Assembly (NCBI GenBank): GCA_040954595.2
Contig: CM082576.2
Coordinates: 20,135,028 to 20,199,027 of the forward strand
DNA length: 64,000 nt
Reading direction: 5' to 3'
Source of the DNA: Balanoglossus misakiensis
Taxonomy: Eukaryota > Animalia > Hemichordata
Part shown: one piece after another, positions 26,383-39,464 of the stretch
Position numbering within the stretch: position 1 is the stretch's first letter
Layout of the letters: the number at the start of each line of letters is the position of its first letter
Program-made: the position numbers and the translations under genes
Notes under the pieces: generated by a model
The model's database searches: none
Told to the model about the DNA's origin: nothing
Seen by the model: only the letters and a program-made list of their open reading frames with translations

Positions 26383-28132
26383 TGGCCGCCTTGATCGGTG
26401 CAAGGCTGTTGCAATTCGTCTCAAACTCCCTACAAGGCAAAATTCGCATCACAGAGAAAATTCTGTGGTCTGATAGTCAAATAGTCCTACATTGGTTGAA
26501 CAGCGACAAGAAACTTCCGATCTTCGTTGCCAATCGTGTAAGAGAAACAAACGCGATTTGCGAAATACTGTCCCACGGGGGACAATCCGGCAGATTTGCT
26601 GACCCGCGGGATTTCTACCGCTGATCTACGTGAGTCTGGCCTTTGGTGGAACGGCCCACCTTGGCTGAAACAAGGCGACTGGCCTATAAGCGAAGTGTTC
26701 GACAGCGCGATTCACCACGCACCGGTATCGACGGTGAATGAATCGGAACTTCTCCCCGCGAGTAACCCCCTCGAGACGAGACTTCAAAATGAAAAACTCG
26801 CGGACTGTTTGACCGCTAAACCCCAGACAACCGGAATACAACAAGTGATTGACGCGAATCGGTTCAGCACGTTGAACAAACTTCTCCGTGTCACCGCACA
26901 AGTGCTACGATTCGTTTCGAACATAAAACGGAACAGCACTCGGAAATTCGGTCCCCTCACAGCTGAGGAAATACAACATGCCGAAAACACATGGATCAAG
27001 GACACCCAAAAACAGACTTTCGGCGAAACAGGACAACGAGCCGCTCTGACGAAGCCGCTGAAACTTTTCACCGATGACAGAGACATCACAAGATGTGATA
27101 GCAGACTACATAACGCGCCAATTGGCTTCGACGCCAAATTCCCAATTCTGCTACCGCGAAACCATCGATTCACGGAACTCGTCATTCGCGACGCGCATTC
27201 GCGTTTACTTCACGCCGGAGTACAATCGACCGTAGCTCATTTACGGCAGAAATTCTGGATACCGAGAATACGCCGTACCGTGAGAGCTCTACTGAGTAAG
27301 TGTGTCACATGCCGCAAAATCAACGGGCACGCCTACAGCTACCCAAGACAAGCACCGCTACAAGCAGATCGTGTGAAAACAGCCCCGCCTTTCAACGTAA
27401 CCGGAGTTGACTTCACCGGAGCGTTGTACATCAAATCGCCCAAACCTGTACGAGAGAAAAAGGTGTATGTCTGCCTGTTCACTTGCGCTGTTACACGCGC
27501 CGTGCATTTGGAACTTGTTGACGACTTGTCCGCGAATAGCTTTCTACAAGCATTCCGCCGTTTCGCTGCAAGACGCAATAAAGAAGGTCTTAGGACGCGC
27601 CTACGTGACATTCAATGAACTGTATACCTTACTGACCGAAGTTGAGGCCGTAATAAACGACCGACCGATCACATATGTTTCTTCGGATGCTGAAGACGCC
27701 GTGCCGTTGACGCCCGCTCATTTATTACACGGACGCCCCTTGACAACGGTACCTTATCTCACCGTCGAAGACGATGAACTCACCGACCCGACCTACGGTA
27801 ACCATAGCGTTCTAAACAAGCGCTACACTCTGATGACTACGCTCCAGACGCGATTTTGGCGACGATGGGTATCGGAATATTTGCCCGCGCTACGTGAAAA
27901 CCACTCGCCAATAGGGAGTCCCGGCAACAAGATACAGGTTGGGGACGTGGTCCTTGTACATGAAGACGTCAAACGGCGCCTGGAATGGACTTTGGCTACG
28001 GTGGAACGACTGAACTACGGACGCGACAACCTAGTTCGATCAGCGGAAATCAGAACCGCCAAGGGACACACCACAAGGCCAGTGAGCAAACTCTTCCCGC
28101 TGGAAGTGAACTCGCGCTCCGTATCGACATGA
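26325..28132 (+). pseudogene. BEL/Pao RNase H C-terminus and integrase, broken into three frames with an internal deletion
   Basis: TLPRLELMAA and WSDSQI; NPADLLTRG; HHCC (H..LLHAG...CVTC) and GVDFTG. FRRFAARR is joined directly to IKKVLGR; the C-terminus reads RPVSKLFPLE. Confidence 0.9.
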
Positions 28133-28264
28133 AGTGGACATTGACATTGTCTGTGTTTCAATGACAATCGAACAATGGACAATCTGATTTTTCTAGTTTG
28201 AATGTATTTCAGAATTTTCTAGTTTATTTTTTGATTTCTTGTTCGCTTTTGCGGCCCGGGAGAA

Positions 28265-28571
28265 TATCGGAGATGCTAAAAACTCTGACCATGAGTCATT
28301 TTGAGGATCACAGCTCGGATACTTTGAGCCAATCAGAGCTGAGTATTTTAGCCCAATCAGAGGCCTAGTTAATCACCAAATGACATCTTTCCCGCCAAAA
28401 CAAAATTTGCTACTTTTTTGGCTGGCGTTTTGTGCTTGTGAAGTCACTTCTTGAGTGACCTTCAATAAAAGCTGTTTAAAGGTTGTACAGCTGCGTCCCG
28501 CTCCTGTAATTTCCCCTGCCATACCCCAGAACCTTGTTCATAAATCCACCCCAGACATAAAGTACGTCACA
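28265..28571 (+). repeat. BEL 3' LTR
   Basis: Preceded by the PPT-like ggcccgggagaa; ends gtcaca, followed by TSD tcagc. Confidence 0.95.
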
Positions 28572-31500
28572 TCAGCTAAACCAGGCCGTAGGAAATCCGA
28601 CGTAATCACCGTTGATAACTTACGCCAGTCTGTGTCATATAGAGCCGGTGCACCAGCCGAGTCACGCCGTAGGAAATCTGACTTGATCAACGTGGTCAAT
28701 GTACGCCTGTTTCTGCTCTAGAGTGCCGGGGCTTCAGCTGAGCCAGGCCGTAGGAAACCCGACGTGATTACCGTTGTTAACTTACGCCAGTCTGTGTCCT
28801 ATATATAGTGCCGGGGCATCAGCCGTGCCAGGCCGAAGGAAATGTGAGTAGATCAACGACGTCTCTGTACGCGTGTTTCTGCTCTAGAGTGCCAGGGCTT
28901 TAGCCAAGCCATGCCGTAGGAAATCTGACTTGATCAACGTGGTCTCTGTACGCGTGTTTCTGCTCTAGAGTGCCGTGGCTTTATCCAAGCCATGCCGTAG
29001 AAAATCAGACTTGATCACCGTTGCTAACGTACGCTAGTGTCTGTCATATTGTGACGGAGATTTAGCCGAGCCAGGCCGTAGAAATATCGACTTGTTCAAC
29101 GTTACCAGTGTGCAACTGTTTCTGCTCTAGAGTATCAGGGTTTTAGCCGACTTATGCTGTAGGAAATTTGAGTTGATGAACGGGAATTCAATGTTAGAAA
29201 ACCCGTGTGGAAAGTATCTCTACCCGTTTGAAACTAAGAAAAGAATTTATTCTTATTTATTTTGTAAAAAAGACAATTTTTTCGAAAACAAGTCGAAAAT
29301 GGTAATTTTGTCTTGGGTGATTCAAATTATACCGCCTTTTCTGGAATTTGCATCACTTTTTACAAGAGAACGACACTTCATGCTCCATAATATTTCCGAA
29401 AATGAAGAAAAGAGTTAATTTTTTATGATTTTTTAAAAATTTACCATTTTTGTCAAAATATGGCCAAAATGGCTATTTTTCTTGAATTCCGTCAATATCT
29501 CTGCATTTTTGGAGTGGTCGAGAGTTTTAACATACAATCAACATGTCATATATGATCAGGGCACCAAATTCGAAGAACAAAGGTTTTTTTTATTTTTTTT
29601 TCTAAAAATGACATTTTCAAGCAAAATTTGATAACATGCAATTTTGTCTGCAGTGAGCCAAATTAGACGGTCATTTGTGGAATTTGTATCGATATATACA
29701 TACGAAGAGCATTCTATACTCCATCAGATTTCCGAAAATGTAAAAAACAGGTATTTTTTGTAATTTTCAAAAATTTACTATTTTGACCAAATTGTGGCTA
29801 AAATTATTATTTTCGTGTTGAATGCCGCCAGTGTCAGTGCTTTTAAAAGTCATAAAAACGTTTAACATACAAGCAATTGTTTATATATGATCAGGTCACC
29901 GAATTAAAAAAAAAAAGAATGTTTGGCCTAAAAATGACCTTTTTGGTGCAAAAACGAATAAAACGCAATTTTGTATTAAATCAGCTCATTCAGAGTGCAT
30001 TTTTTATAATCAGCACCATTTTTACATATAATGGAAATTTCATACATCATCAGATATCCAAATATGAAAAAATGATTTAGATTTTAGATGATTGTCCAAA
30101 ATTATCTGATATCTAATAAATGTAGTATTGAACCGTTCTGTCCCCCCCCTACATTATATGCGGTACGCCGATGTCAGCTTACCCGGCAGTACTGCAGGCC
30201 GTGCCCCCAACTAACGTCGGTGTTTGAAACGCCCTGGTTAAATTCGGGCTTTCTCTATAAATTGACAGGCAATAATGCAGTCCTACCCGAACAAATGTCG
30301 AGTGTTGACCCGCTGTGACTTTCCTTCTTCGGTTTGCCCGACTTAGCCAACGTCTTTGTACTAATGTGTCGGGTCTTTTGCAGAGCCAGGCCGAAGGAAA
30401 TCCGACTTGATCACCGTTGCTAACGAACGCTAGTGTCTGTCATGGTGTGCCGGGGTTTTAGTCGAGCCAGGCCATAGGAGATCTGACTTGATCATCGTGG
30501 TCAATGTACGCGTGTTTCCGCTCTAAAGTGCCGGGGTTTCAGCTAAACCAGGCCGTAGGAAATCTGACGTAATCACCGTTGATAACTTACGCCAGTCTGT
30601 GTCATATAGAGCCGGTGCACCAGCCGAGTCACGCCGTAGGAAATCTGACTTGATCATCGTGGTCAATGTACGCCTGTTTCTGCTCTAGAGTGCCGGGGCT
30701 TCAGCTGAGCCAGGCCGTAGGAAACCCGGCGTGATTACCGTTGTTAACTTACGCCAGTCTGTGTCCTATATATAGTGCCGGGGCATCAGCCGTGCCAGGC
30801 CGAAGGAAATGTGAGTAGATCAACGTGGTCTCTGTACGCGTGTTTCTGCTCTAGAGTGTCAGGGCTTTAGCCAAGCCATGCCGTAGGAAATCTGACTTGA
30901 TCAACGTTGCTAGCGAACGCTAGTGTCTGTCATAGCGTGCCGGGGTTTTAGTCGGGCCAAGCCGTAGGAGATCAGACTTGATCAACGTGGTCTCTGTACG
31001 CGTGTTTCTGCTCTAGAGTGCCGGGGCTTTATCCAAGCCATGCCGTAGAAAATCTGACTTGATCACCGTTGATAACTTACGCCAGTCTGTGTCCTATATA
31101 TAGTGCCGGGGCATCAGCCGTGCCAGGCCGAAGGAAATGTGAGTAGATCAACGTGGTCTCTGTACGCGTGTTTCTGCTCTAGAGTGCCAGGGCTTTAGCC
31201 AAGCCATGCCGTGGGAAATCTGACTTGATCAAGGTTGCTAACGAACGCTAGTGTCTGTCATAGTGTGCCGGGGTTTTAGTCGAGCCAAGCCGTAGGAGAT
31301 CAGACTTGATCAACGTGGTCTCCGTACACGTTTTTCTGCTCTAGAGTGCCGGGGCTTTATTCAAGCCATGCCGTAAGAAATCTGACTTGATCACCGTTGC
31401 TAACGTACGCTAGTGTCTGTCATATTGTGACGGAGATTTAGCCAAGCCAGGCCGTAAAAAAATCGACTTGTTCAACGTTACCAGTGTGCAACTGTTTCTG

Positions 31501-33149
31501 CTCTAGAGTGTCAGGGTTTTAGCCGACTTATGCTGTAGGAAATCTGAGTTGATGAACGGGAATTCAATGTTAGAAAACCCGTGTGGAATGTATCTCTACC
31601 CGTTTGAAACTAAGAAAAGAATTTATTCTTATTTATTTTGTAAAAAAGACAATTTTTCGAAAAAAAGTCGAAAATGGTAATTTTGTCTTGGGTGATTCAA
31701 ATTATACCACCTTTTCTGGAATTTGCAGCACTTTTTACAAGAGAACGACACTTCATGCTCCATAATATTTCCGAAAATGAAGAAAAGAGTTAATTTTTTA
31801 TGATTTTTTAAAAATTTACCATTTTTGTCAAAATATGGCCAAAATGGCTATTTTTTCTTGAATTCCGTCAATATCTCTGCATTTTTGGGGTGGTCGAAAG
31901 TTTTAACATACAATCAACATGTCATATATGATCGGGGCACCAAATTCGAAGAACAAAGGTTTTTTTATTTTTTTTTTCTAAAAATGACATTTTCAAGGAA
32001 AATTTGGTAAAACGCAATTTTGTCTGCAGTGAGCCAAATTAGACGGTCTTTTGTGGAATTTGTATCGATATATACATACGAAGAGCATTCTATACTCCAT
32101 CAGATTTCCGAAAATGTAGAAAACAGGTATTTTTTTGTAATTTTGAAAAAATTGCCATTTTGACCAAATTGTGGCTAAAATTGTTATTTTCGTGTTGAAT
32201 GCCGCCAGTGTCACTGCTTTTAAAAGTCATAAAAACTTTTAACATACAAGCAATTCTTTATATATCATCAGGTCACCGAATTAAAAAAAAATAAAGAATG
32301 TTTTGCCTGAAAATGACCTTTTAGGTGCAAAAACGAATAAAACGTAATTTTGTATTAAATCAGCTCATTCAGAGTGCATTTTTTATAATCAGAACCATTT
32401 TTACATAAATTGGAAATTTCATACATCATCAGATATCCAAATATGAAAAAATGATTTAGATTTTAGATGATTGTCCAAAATTAGCTGATATCTAATAAAT
32501 GTAGTATTGAACCGTTCTGTTTCCCCCCCCCCTTACATTATATGCGGTACGCCGATGTCAGCTTACCCGGCAGTACTGCAGGCCGTGCCCCCAACTAACG
32601 TTGGTGTTTGAAACGCCCTGGTTAAATTCGGGCTTTCTCTATAAATTGACAGGCAATAATGCAGTCCTACCCGAACAAATGTCGAGTGTTGACCCGCTGT
32701 GACTTTCCCTCTTCGGTTTGCCCGACTTAGCCAACGTCTTTGTACTAGAGTGTCGGGTCTTTTGCAGAGCCAGGCCGAAGGAAATCCGACTTGATCACCG
32801 TTGCTAACGAACGCTAGTGTCTGTCATGGTGTGCCGGGGTTTTAGTCGAGCCAGACAGAAGGAGGTCTGACTTGATCATCGTGGTCAATGTACGCGTGTT
32901 TCCGCTCTTAAGTGCCGGGGCTTCAGCTAAACCAGGCCGTAGGAAATCCGACGTAATCACCGTTGATAACTTACGCCAGTCTGTGTCATATAGAGCCGGT
33001 GCACCAGCCGAGTCACGCCGTAGGAAATCTGACTTGATCAACGTGGTCAATGTTTCTGCTCTAGAGTGCCGGGACTTCAGCTGAGCCAGGCCGTAGGAAA
33101 CCTGACGTGATTACCGTTGTCAACTTACGCCAGTCTGTGTCCTATATAT
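28572..33149. repeat. Composite macrosatellite block 2
   Basis: Resumes in register after the BEL TSD; poly-C near 30142 and 32523. Confidence 0.96.
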
Positions 33150-33652
33150 TGTGACGGAAACCCAGGCGTTCCGCCTATTGAAAACCGGTAGCGCAGACGG
33201 ACCCGCTCGAGCCTCTCACAAACAGCGCTGTCTTCACACGCGGCGGTAGGAACTCGCCGGAAAGCAAGCGTCTCGTCGAAGAAATCTGCCCACACCGAGC
33301 AGCTGAGGTAAACACGTCTCAGATCTCGCGATCGGTGACCCGGGGCCGGCTATCCGGGAGGGATAAAACAGGACTAAACAGGAAAAGTCGCCCAGGGCCG
33401 AAACCGGGGTTCCTTCCTCAACAGATCCACGCCAAAACTCTCCAAAACAACATGGTTGCAGGCTAAAAACGAGGCTAAACATGTGACCCAGAACGCACTT
33501 CTAATTGGTGTAGATACACCAAGGGCAAGATGGGGAAACCCTTCCATCCTTGTCAATCATACAAGACAGCCCAAAACGGTCACCACGACAGTGAAGCCAT
33601 AGAAAAACACCATGCCAAATAATAAATCACATGGAATAGCAATTCCATAACA
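33150..33652 (-). repeat. Gypsy-1 3' LTR
   Basis: Direct repeat of 39849-40351; minus-strand PPT gaggttgggggcgt is adjacent (33653-33666). Confidence 0.94.
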
Positions 33653-34691
33653 ACGCCCCCAACCTCGGCTTCGAAGTCCCTTGAGAACAGGAATAACTAA
33701 AATATAGGAAAGAAGGAAGAAAGGGGAATAACCAGCCCTGAACCAATCCGATCAGGGAAAACTTGCAATAACTGCAAGGTCCCAACAGTCTGTCAACAAC
33801 ATAAACCGTCGTCGTAGTAACACAACCAGAATCCTGACCAGTGCCAACTTCAGCTTCGCTAACACTAACTTTCTCTTTGACATCAAAATCTTTGAAAGAG
33901 ACTACTTCTGACTTGCTCACTTCAACTTTAGTAGTTGGCAAGTCCCCAGCTGAAGGTTTACCAACCTGCAGCCGCTGGTCAATGGGTAACATGTTCACCT
34001 TATCTAACCAGGAAGTGAGATCCTTCCCTTGATAAGCTTTCAACTTCTCAAAATGCACAATTTTGGGTTTAGCTCGTGGGCTCCTCTGTATGCGATAAAC
34101 TACATCAGACAATCTACTGATAATCAGATATGGACCTTCATATGACAACTGAAGCTTTTGCGAATACCCTTTCCGCCTCCTTTCATCTTTTAACCATACA
34201 AAATTCCCCACATGAAATCCCTGCTTTGTAGCAAAACGATCATATCGCACTTTCTGTCTGCGAGCTGTCGTTTGTAACTGCGACCTAGCATGTTCATGCA
34301 CTTCATGCAATCTTTCTCTCAAATCGGAAACATAATCAGTCTCCTTCGACCGATCTGGTCGCTCAGATGTAACTGCAACATCCAACGGGTATATCAAGTC
34401 TCTACCTAGCATTAACATGTTTGGTGTCTCCCCGGTTGAGGGATGCACACTGCTACGGTAAGCAAATGTGGCAAGACTCAAGTTCTTGTCCCAATCCGAC
34501 TGATTCTCACGAGGGTCCATATATGTACGAATGTAACTAACAATTTGCTGATTGAATCTCTCCACAAAACCATTCGACTGTGGGTGCCTAGGGGTTGTGT
34601 AAGTCTTGTTTACTCCCAGGAGGTTACACACTTCCTTAAAAACATTCGACACAAAATTCCTACCCAAGTCGCTATGACACTCTAGTGGCAT
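33627..34691 (-). pseudogene. Gypsy integrase core and C-terminus (frameshifted from upstream pol)
   Basis: HSDLGRNF, HPQSNGFVERFN and YEGPY motifs; out of frame with the 34682-37180 ORF. Confidence 0.9.
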
Positions 34692-37180
34692 ACCAAAAAG
34701 TTATCCAGCAAAACTCTTGCAATAGTAACAGCCTCCTCATTTGGCACGGCATACGCCTCCATCCACTTAGAGAAGTAGTCCCCCACCACAAGTACTTTCT
34801 TATTTCCTGCACTTGATTCTGGGAATGGACCCAATACATCAATCGCTATTCTTTCCATCGGAGCACCGACAACATAAGACTGCAAGGGCGCAGGCTTTCT
34901 CACCCTCTGCTTCTTATTACGAGCACACATATCACATGCCCTCACATGAGCGCGCACATCTACGGACATGCCAAACCAGTGATATTTCAACCTGATTATG
35001 CTCAAAGTACGACCAGTACCGCTATGTCCTCCAAACAACGAATCATGGAGAGTCTGTAGGACCAGCCCTACATAAACCTTAGGCAGCACCAGTTGCCACC
35101 TGACTATTTTACCATCTGGTGATTCCCATAACCTGTACAGAATGCCATCATGAACACGCAAATGCTCATACATTGACCAATAAGACTTCAACGCAGGCGA
35201 ACGAAATGACACTTCAGACCACTGTGGCTTGTCCTTACCAGACTCCACACATTGCATAAGAAAACCAATGTTCGGGTCACTCATTTGTTGTTTGCGTAAT
35301 TCTTCCCGTGACCATAAGGGACCATGGTCGACCATGACATTATCACTGCACATTTTCTCATCACTCAGATCATCCTCGGGAGCAAATGTTTTGTGCACAA
35401 AACCTCCTTTTTGGTCAAGGCGTCCCCAAACCTCAAACTCATCCTCTACCGGACCTTTCCGAGTTCCCGCTCCCTCAATGGCCCGATCCCTTGCCCCAAC
35501 AAAAGACAGGTCATCCCCGTTCTGATCCTCAACCGGTTCAGAACAATTGTCACCGTGCTGTCTACCGCACTGTTTACATGGGCGCAATGGTACCCTACTC
35601 AACGCATCAGCGTTCGTGTGTTTATTCCCTGAACGGTGAACAATTCGGAAATCAAACGCACTCAAAGCCTCTAGCCAGCGGGCCAATTGCCCCTCGGGAT
35701 TTTTATACCGAAGTAACCAGACTAGAGATGCATGATCTGTTCTGATCATAAATGGTCTACCTAACAAGTAGTGTCTAAAATGCTTGGCAAAGTATACCAC
35801 TGCCAACAATTCCTTTCGCGTGACACAATAGTTCTTTTCCTGAGAACTCAGTACACGATTTCCAAAGCTAATGGGACGTTCCACTCCATCCTGAATTTGG
35901 CTAAGACAAGCACCAATCGAGGAGTGAGAAGCATCAGTATCCAGAATAAATTCTCCCTTCTCTGATGGGAAGGCCAACACAGGAGGTGATGACAGTAGAT
36001 CTTTCAACCGATCAAAAGCTATCTGACATTCATCACTCCACACAAAAATGACATTTTTCTTCGTCAAATCTGTAAGGGGCTTTGCAATTTCCGCAAAGTT
36101 CTGTATAAACCTCCGATAATACGAAGCAAGCCCAACAAAACTGCGTACATCAGTCAAAGATGTAGGTACGGGCCAATTTCTCAGTGTTTGAACCTTTTTC
36201 GGATCGGTCGACACACCCTCAGCCGACACAACATGTCCCAGGAATTCTACTTGAACTGCAAACAAAGTACACTTCTTTGCTTTTAACTTCAGACCTGCTT
36301 CACGCAATTTGTTGAAAACAGTCTGCAACCGTTCCAATTCCTGCTCAAAAGATTCCCCAAACACAATAATGTCATCCAAATAGAGTAATAAAATTTCCCA
36401 TTGCAATCCTTGAAAAACCTTTTCCATCAATCTTTCAAAAGTGCCAGGTGCACCGCACAATCCCATGGGCATTGTAGTCCATTCCAACAATTTACCAGAA
36501 GAAGTCACTATTGCAGACTTTTCTCTACTTTCCTTATCAAGCTTGACCTGATGAAATCCCATATTCAAATCAAGGGTGGAAAACCAGCAAGCACCATGCA
36601 TTGCTTCTAAATTGTCCTGTATTCTTGGAATAGGTTGGGCATTCTGAATTGTGACTGCATTGAGTCTCCTGTAATCAACTACTAATCTCTGTGTACAATC
36701 CTTTTTCTTGACCAACAAACATGGCGAACTCCAAGGCGATGTTGACTCGACTAACATGCCTTTGTCTACAAATGATTGAACTTGTCTCTCTATTTCAGTC
36801 TTTTTCCAAAATGGCGCACGATACGGTGCCACTTTCACTGGGGTAGCCTGTTGTGTATCAATCCTGTGCTCAACAACATCGGTCAAACCCAAGTCATACG
36901 CATTCTTGCTAAAAACATCAGAATTATTTATCAACAGCGTTTGTACTTGTTCCTTTTGTTCGTCAGACTCAAGATGTTGCACACTACGATGATACAAATC
37001 CACTAAATGTGATGGCAATTTCTCAATGCCACGGGAAACAGATTTCCCATTGTTATCATGCTTTTCACAAGTGTTGCCACTAGAGGGCGCACTATTTTGC
37101 ACAACAGCTGATTTGTCACACTGATTCATGTCAACAGGAGAGCTGACATTACAATCAACTGCTCTCTCCAGTCTGTACAA
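34682..37180 (-). CDS. Gypsy Pol: reverse transcriptase, RNase H and integrase N-terminus
   Basis: VVDYRRLN, MPMGL, YLDD, ILDTDAS, RTDH, NADALSR, HHCC zinc finger and IAIDVLGP. Confidence 0.93.
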   Translation of the reverse strand: MYRLERAVDCNVSSPVDMNQCDKSAVVQNSAPSSGNTCEKHDNNGKSVSRGIEKLPSHLVDLYHRSVQHLESDEQKEQVQTLLINNSDVFSKNAYDLGLTDVVEHRIDTQQATPVKVAPYRAPFWKKTEIERQVQSFVDKGMLVESTSPWSSPCLLVKKKDCTQRLVVDYRRLNAVTIQNAQPIPRIQDNLEAMHGACWFSTLDLNMGFHQVKLDKESREKSAIVTSSGKLLEWTTMPMGLCGAPGTFERLMEKVFQGLQWEILLLYLDDIIVFGESFEQELERLQTVFNKLREAGLKLKAKKCTLFAVQVEFLGHVVSAEGVSTDPKKVQTLRNWPVPTSLTDVRSFVGLASYYRRFIQNFAEIAKPLTDLTKKNVIFVWSDECQIAFDRLKDLLSSPPVLAFPSEKGEFILDTDASHSSIGACLSQIQDGVERPISFGNRVLSSQEKNYCVTRKELLAVVYFAKHFRHYLLGRPFMIRTDHASLVWLLRYKNPEGQLARWLEALSAFDFRIVHRSGNKHTNADALSRVPLRPCKQCGRQHGDNCSEPVEDQNGDDLSFVGARDRAIEGAGTRKGPVEDEFEVWGRLDQKGGFVHKTFAPEDDLSDEKMCSDNVMVDHGPLWSREELRKQQMSDPNIGFLMQCVESGKDKPQWSEVSFRSPALKSYWSMYEHLRVHDGILYRLWESPDGKIVRWQLVLPKVYVGLVLQTLHDSLFGGHSGTGRTLSIIRLKYHWFGMSVDVRAHVRACDMCARNKKQRVRKPAPLQSYVVGAPMERIAIDVLGPFPESSAGNKKVLVVGDYFSKWMEAYAVPNEEAVTIARVLLDNFLVCH

Positions 37181-37222
37181 ACCTACGACCTGACCTCGTT
37201 TGACCTCTATGTCCTTTATCCC

Positions 37223-38125
37223 TTAATTAATGACTCTTACAGGTAATAACCGTTGACCCGGGTTTACCAGGGTAGACGCTGTACCCATCCCCTCAGGAAA
37301 ATCCTTTAACATGGCTGTAGGCTCTACAGTAGCCACTAACTCAGACAAACACAGCATATCCGCTGCAGACCTTTCACAGTGAGATGCCCGTGAACTTTGA
37401 CCTTTCAGACTTTCATGACCTAGCTGACCTTTTCTAGGTTGTTTTGCCATTCTGGCTGGAATAATTGCTTCATGACCAGCTGGAATTATTTCATGAGAAG
37501 CAGCCTGTAATCTACAACTAAATGGTTTCAACCTTTCAGGACTTGTGGATAAAACTTGGTCGCCCACAGAAACTGTACAATTTTGTAAATTGAGACTACA
37601 ACCAAATTTAGTCAAAACATCCATACCCAGGATTCCTGGAGATCCATCGAGATAATTTCCAACAAGAACAGAAGTGTCAATTTTCTCAGAACCAATCTCG
37701 ATCTGCACAGCAACGCTGCCTGCTATATCAAGTTTTGAACCATTTGCTTGCACAATATATAGTCCAGTTTCAGTCAAATGAGGACGCACATTGTCTGGCA
37801 TACTATTAAAATAGTCAAATGAAATCAATGTGTGTGTACATCCAGTGTCAACAAGCATTTTGCTAGGCACCCCTTGGAATTTCACATCCAGCATCATACT
37901 GTTGACTGCATCATTACTATTTGTTTCAATGTGCTTCACCTTGTTATCATTCACTTTACATTTACAAGGAGCACACCTATCAACATCATCAGTTTCAACA
38001 ACTGCAGTGCTGGTGTGCAGACGGGTTTGCTCACTGCTTTTGTTAATGACCTTTGACCTCGTCTGAGACACTTCTTCTCCAGACTGATTTACTGGGACTG
38101 CTCGACGGTCAGCACGGACAGTCAT
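37223..38125 (-). CDS. Gypsy aspartic protease region of Pol (same frame as RT, separated by a premature TAA)
   Basis: LVDTGC and ILGMDVL motifs; the 945-nt offset to the next ORF start keeps the frame. Confidence 0.85.
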   Translation of the reverse strand: MTVRADRRAVPVNQSGEEVSQTRSKVINKSSEQTRLHTSTAVVETDDVDRCAPCKCKVNDNKVKHIETNSNDAVNSMMLDVKFQGVPSKMLVDTGCTHTLISFDYFNSMPDNVRPHLTETGLYIVQANGSKLDIAGSVAVQIEIGSEKIDTSVLVGNYLDGSPGILGMDVLTKFGCSLNLQNCTVSVGDQVLSTSPERLKPFSCRLQAASHEIIPAGHEAIIPARMAKQPRKGQLGHESLKGQSSRASHCERSAADMLCLSELVATVEPTAMLKDFPEGMGTASTLVNPGQRLLPVRVIN

Positions 38126-39464
38126 TTGGGGTTTAACTGACTCTTATCTGTTTTACCCTTCTGCTCTTTCTGTTTAACCTGAGGTTCTGGACAGTCTCTT
38201 TTCAAATGACCAGAACGGTTACAATTCCAGCAGAGCCTTTGCTTTTTCTCAACTGTTGTTGTCTCACTAGAACTATTTTCCAACTTGTCAAGTCTTTTCA
38301 TAATTTTTGCAAACATCTCCTGTGTATCAACCCTCACAGTAGACTGGCTATTTTCACCATCCAAAGCCTGAGACACTTTGCCCCTAGAACGGCCATGTTT
38401 CTGCAAAGTTTGAAAGCTTTCTTCTAACAAAACCGCCCGCAGGACACTGTCCAGGGTTGCATCAGATAACTGACTAGCTTCATGTATTTTTCTCTGCAAT
38501 GACATATCAGGGATTGCCTCGAAAAATGTCTCAATGCACAACCGTTCAATATTGAACCTGTGACACCAGGGTAAGCCTTTATGATTATTTCACGGACTTG
38601 CTGAGCCAATTCACGCAGGGACTGGTTTTTACCACATACAATTGTTTTCACCGAAAGTCTGTAAACATCTTGCATGTGTGTAGTGCCAAACCGTTGACCC
38701 AGAATTGCACAAAGCTCATCATAACGTTTCACATTGCCACACCCGTGAGAAACAAAGCGTAATGCCCTGCCCCGTAGACGAGACATCAGAATGTTATACT
38801 TCTGATCAGGAGACCAACCGTTCAGTTCAGAACAAATATCAAAATGAGTCTTAAACTCGCTGAAATCAGTACTACCATCATACGCCTCTGGCTTGACGAA
38901 ATGAAATTTTGTTTGTGTAGTACCAGTTCCTGTATTACTGACAAACCCATTCCCATGGGAACTATCCCTTCCCACACCGTCAGGAGAACCCCCAGAAATA
39001 TTTCCCATCATTGATGATGTTACTGAATTGTCCTGACCCGGATATGACAGCACTTCAGGTGTTACCGCCGCCTGACGCGTGAGGGCGCTGTCCACTATGC
39101 TTGGCTTAGGTGTACTATGGACACTACCTAAATTTACCTCGCCCCCCTTCCCAAACGTTTGCATAAATGTTTGAAGTTGTTGTGCCATATCACAAACTGA
39201 TCGTTCCATTGTATCTAGTCGTCTACCGACCTCGCGTTCATCCCCAGTATTCCGACTAACTGCCCCTGAGGACACGCTCAGATGTCTACCACGACCCCTG
39301 CCTAACCTTCTCCCTGTGCCCGATGAAACGAGCGGAGTTTTCAGGGCTTCATCAGAAATGACCGTAGAATTGACGTCTGTTCTCTCATACCCAGAATCAA
39401 ACCTACTGTTGAAAACAACCTCCCTGTCCTGCGATAAATTCGTATTCCCTGTATAAGTAGCCAT
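38122..39464 (-). pseudogene. Gypsy Gag, frameshifted near 38540
   Basis: KPEAYDGSTDF..F..HF......NGW capsid-like motif in the first frame; CWNCNRSGHLKRDC knuckle in the second frame. Confidence 0.85.

Larger units (their letters stand above)
22700..28571 (+). mobile_element. BEL/Pao LTR retrotransposon, full-length, defective
   Basis: Two 307-bp LTRs, 5-bp TSD tcagc (22695-22699 and 28572-28576), PBS, PPT and domain order Gag-PR-RT-RH-IN. Confidence 0.96.

Noticed and set aside
33140-33160. LTR tip tgtgacgga equals monomer M9 sequence at a similar phase, suggesting homology-guided insertion
   Set aside because: The insertion is in M5 with an ordinary ~4-bp TSD, and TGTGAC is a common LTR terminus, so a 9-bp coincidence is plausible.
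33627-33830. Chromodomain or env-like tail after the Gypsy-1 integrase (VYVVDRLL, hydrophobic stretch)
   Set aside because: No YLVKW/TWE motifs; the ORF simply reads through the 3' UTR and PPT into the LTR.
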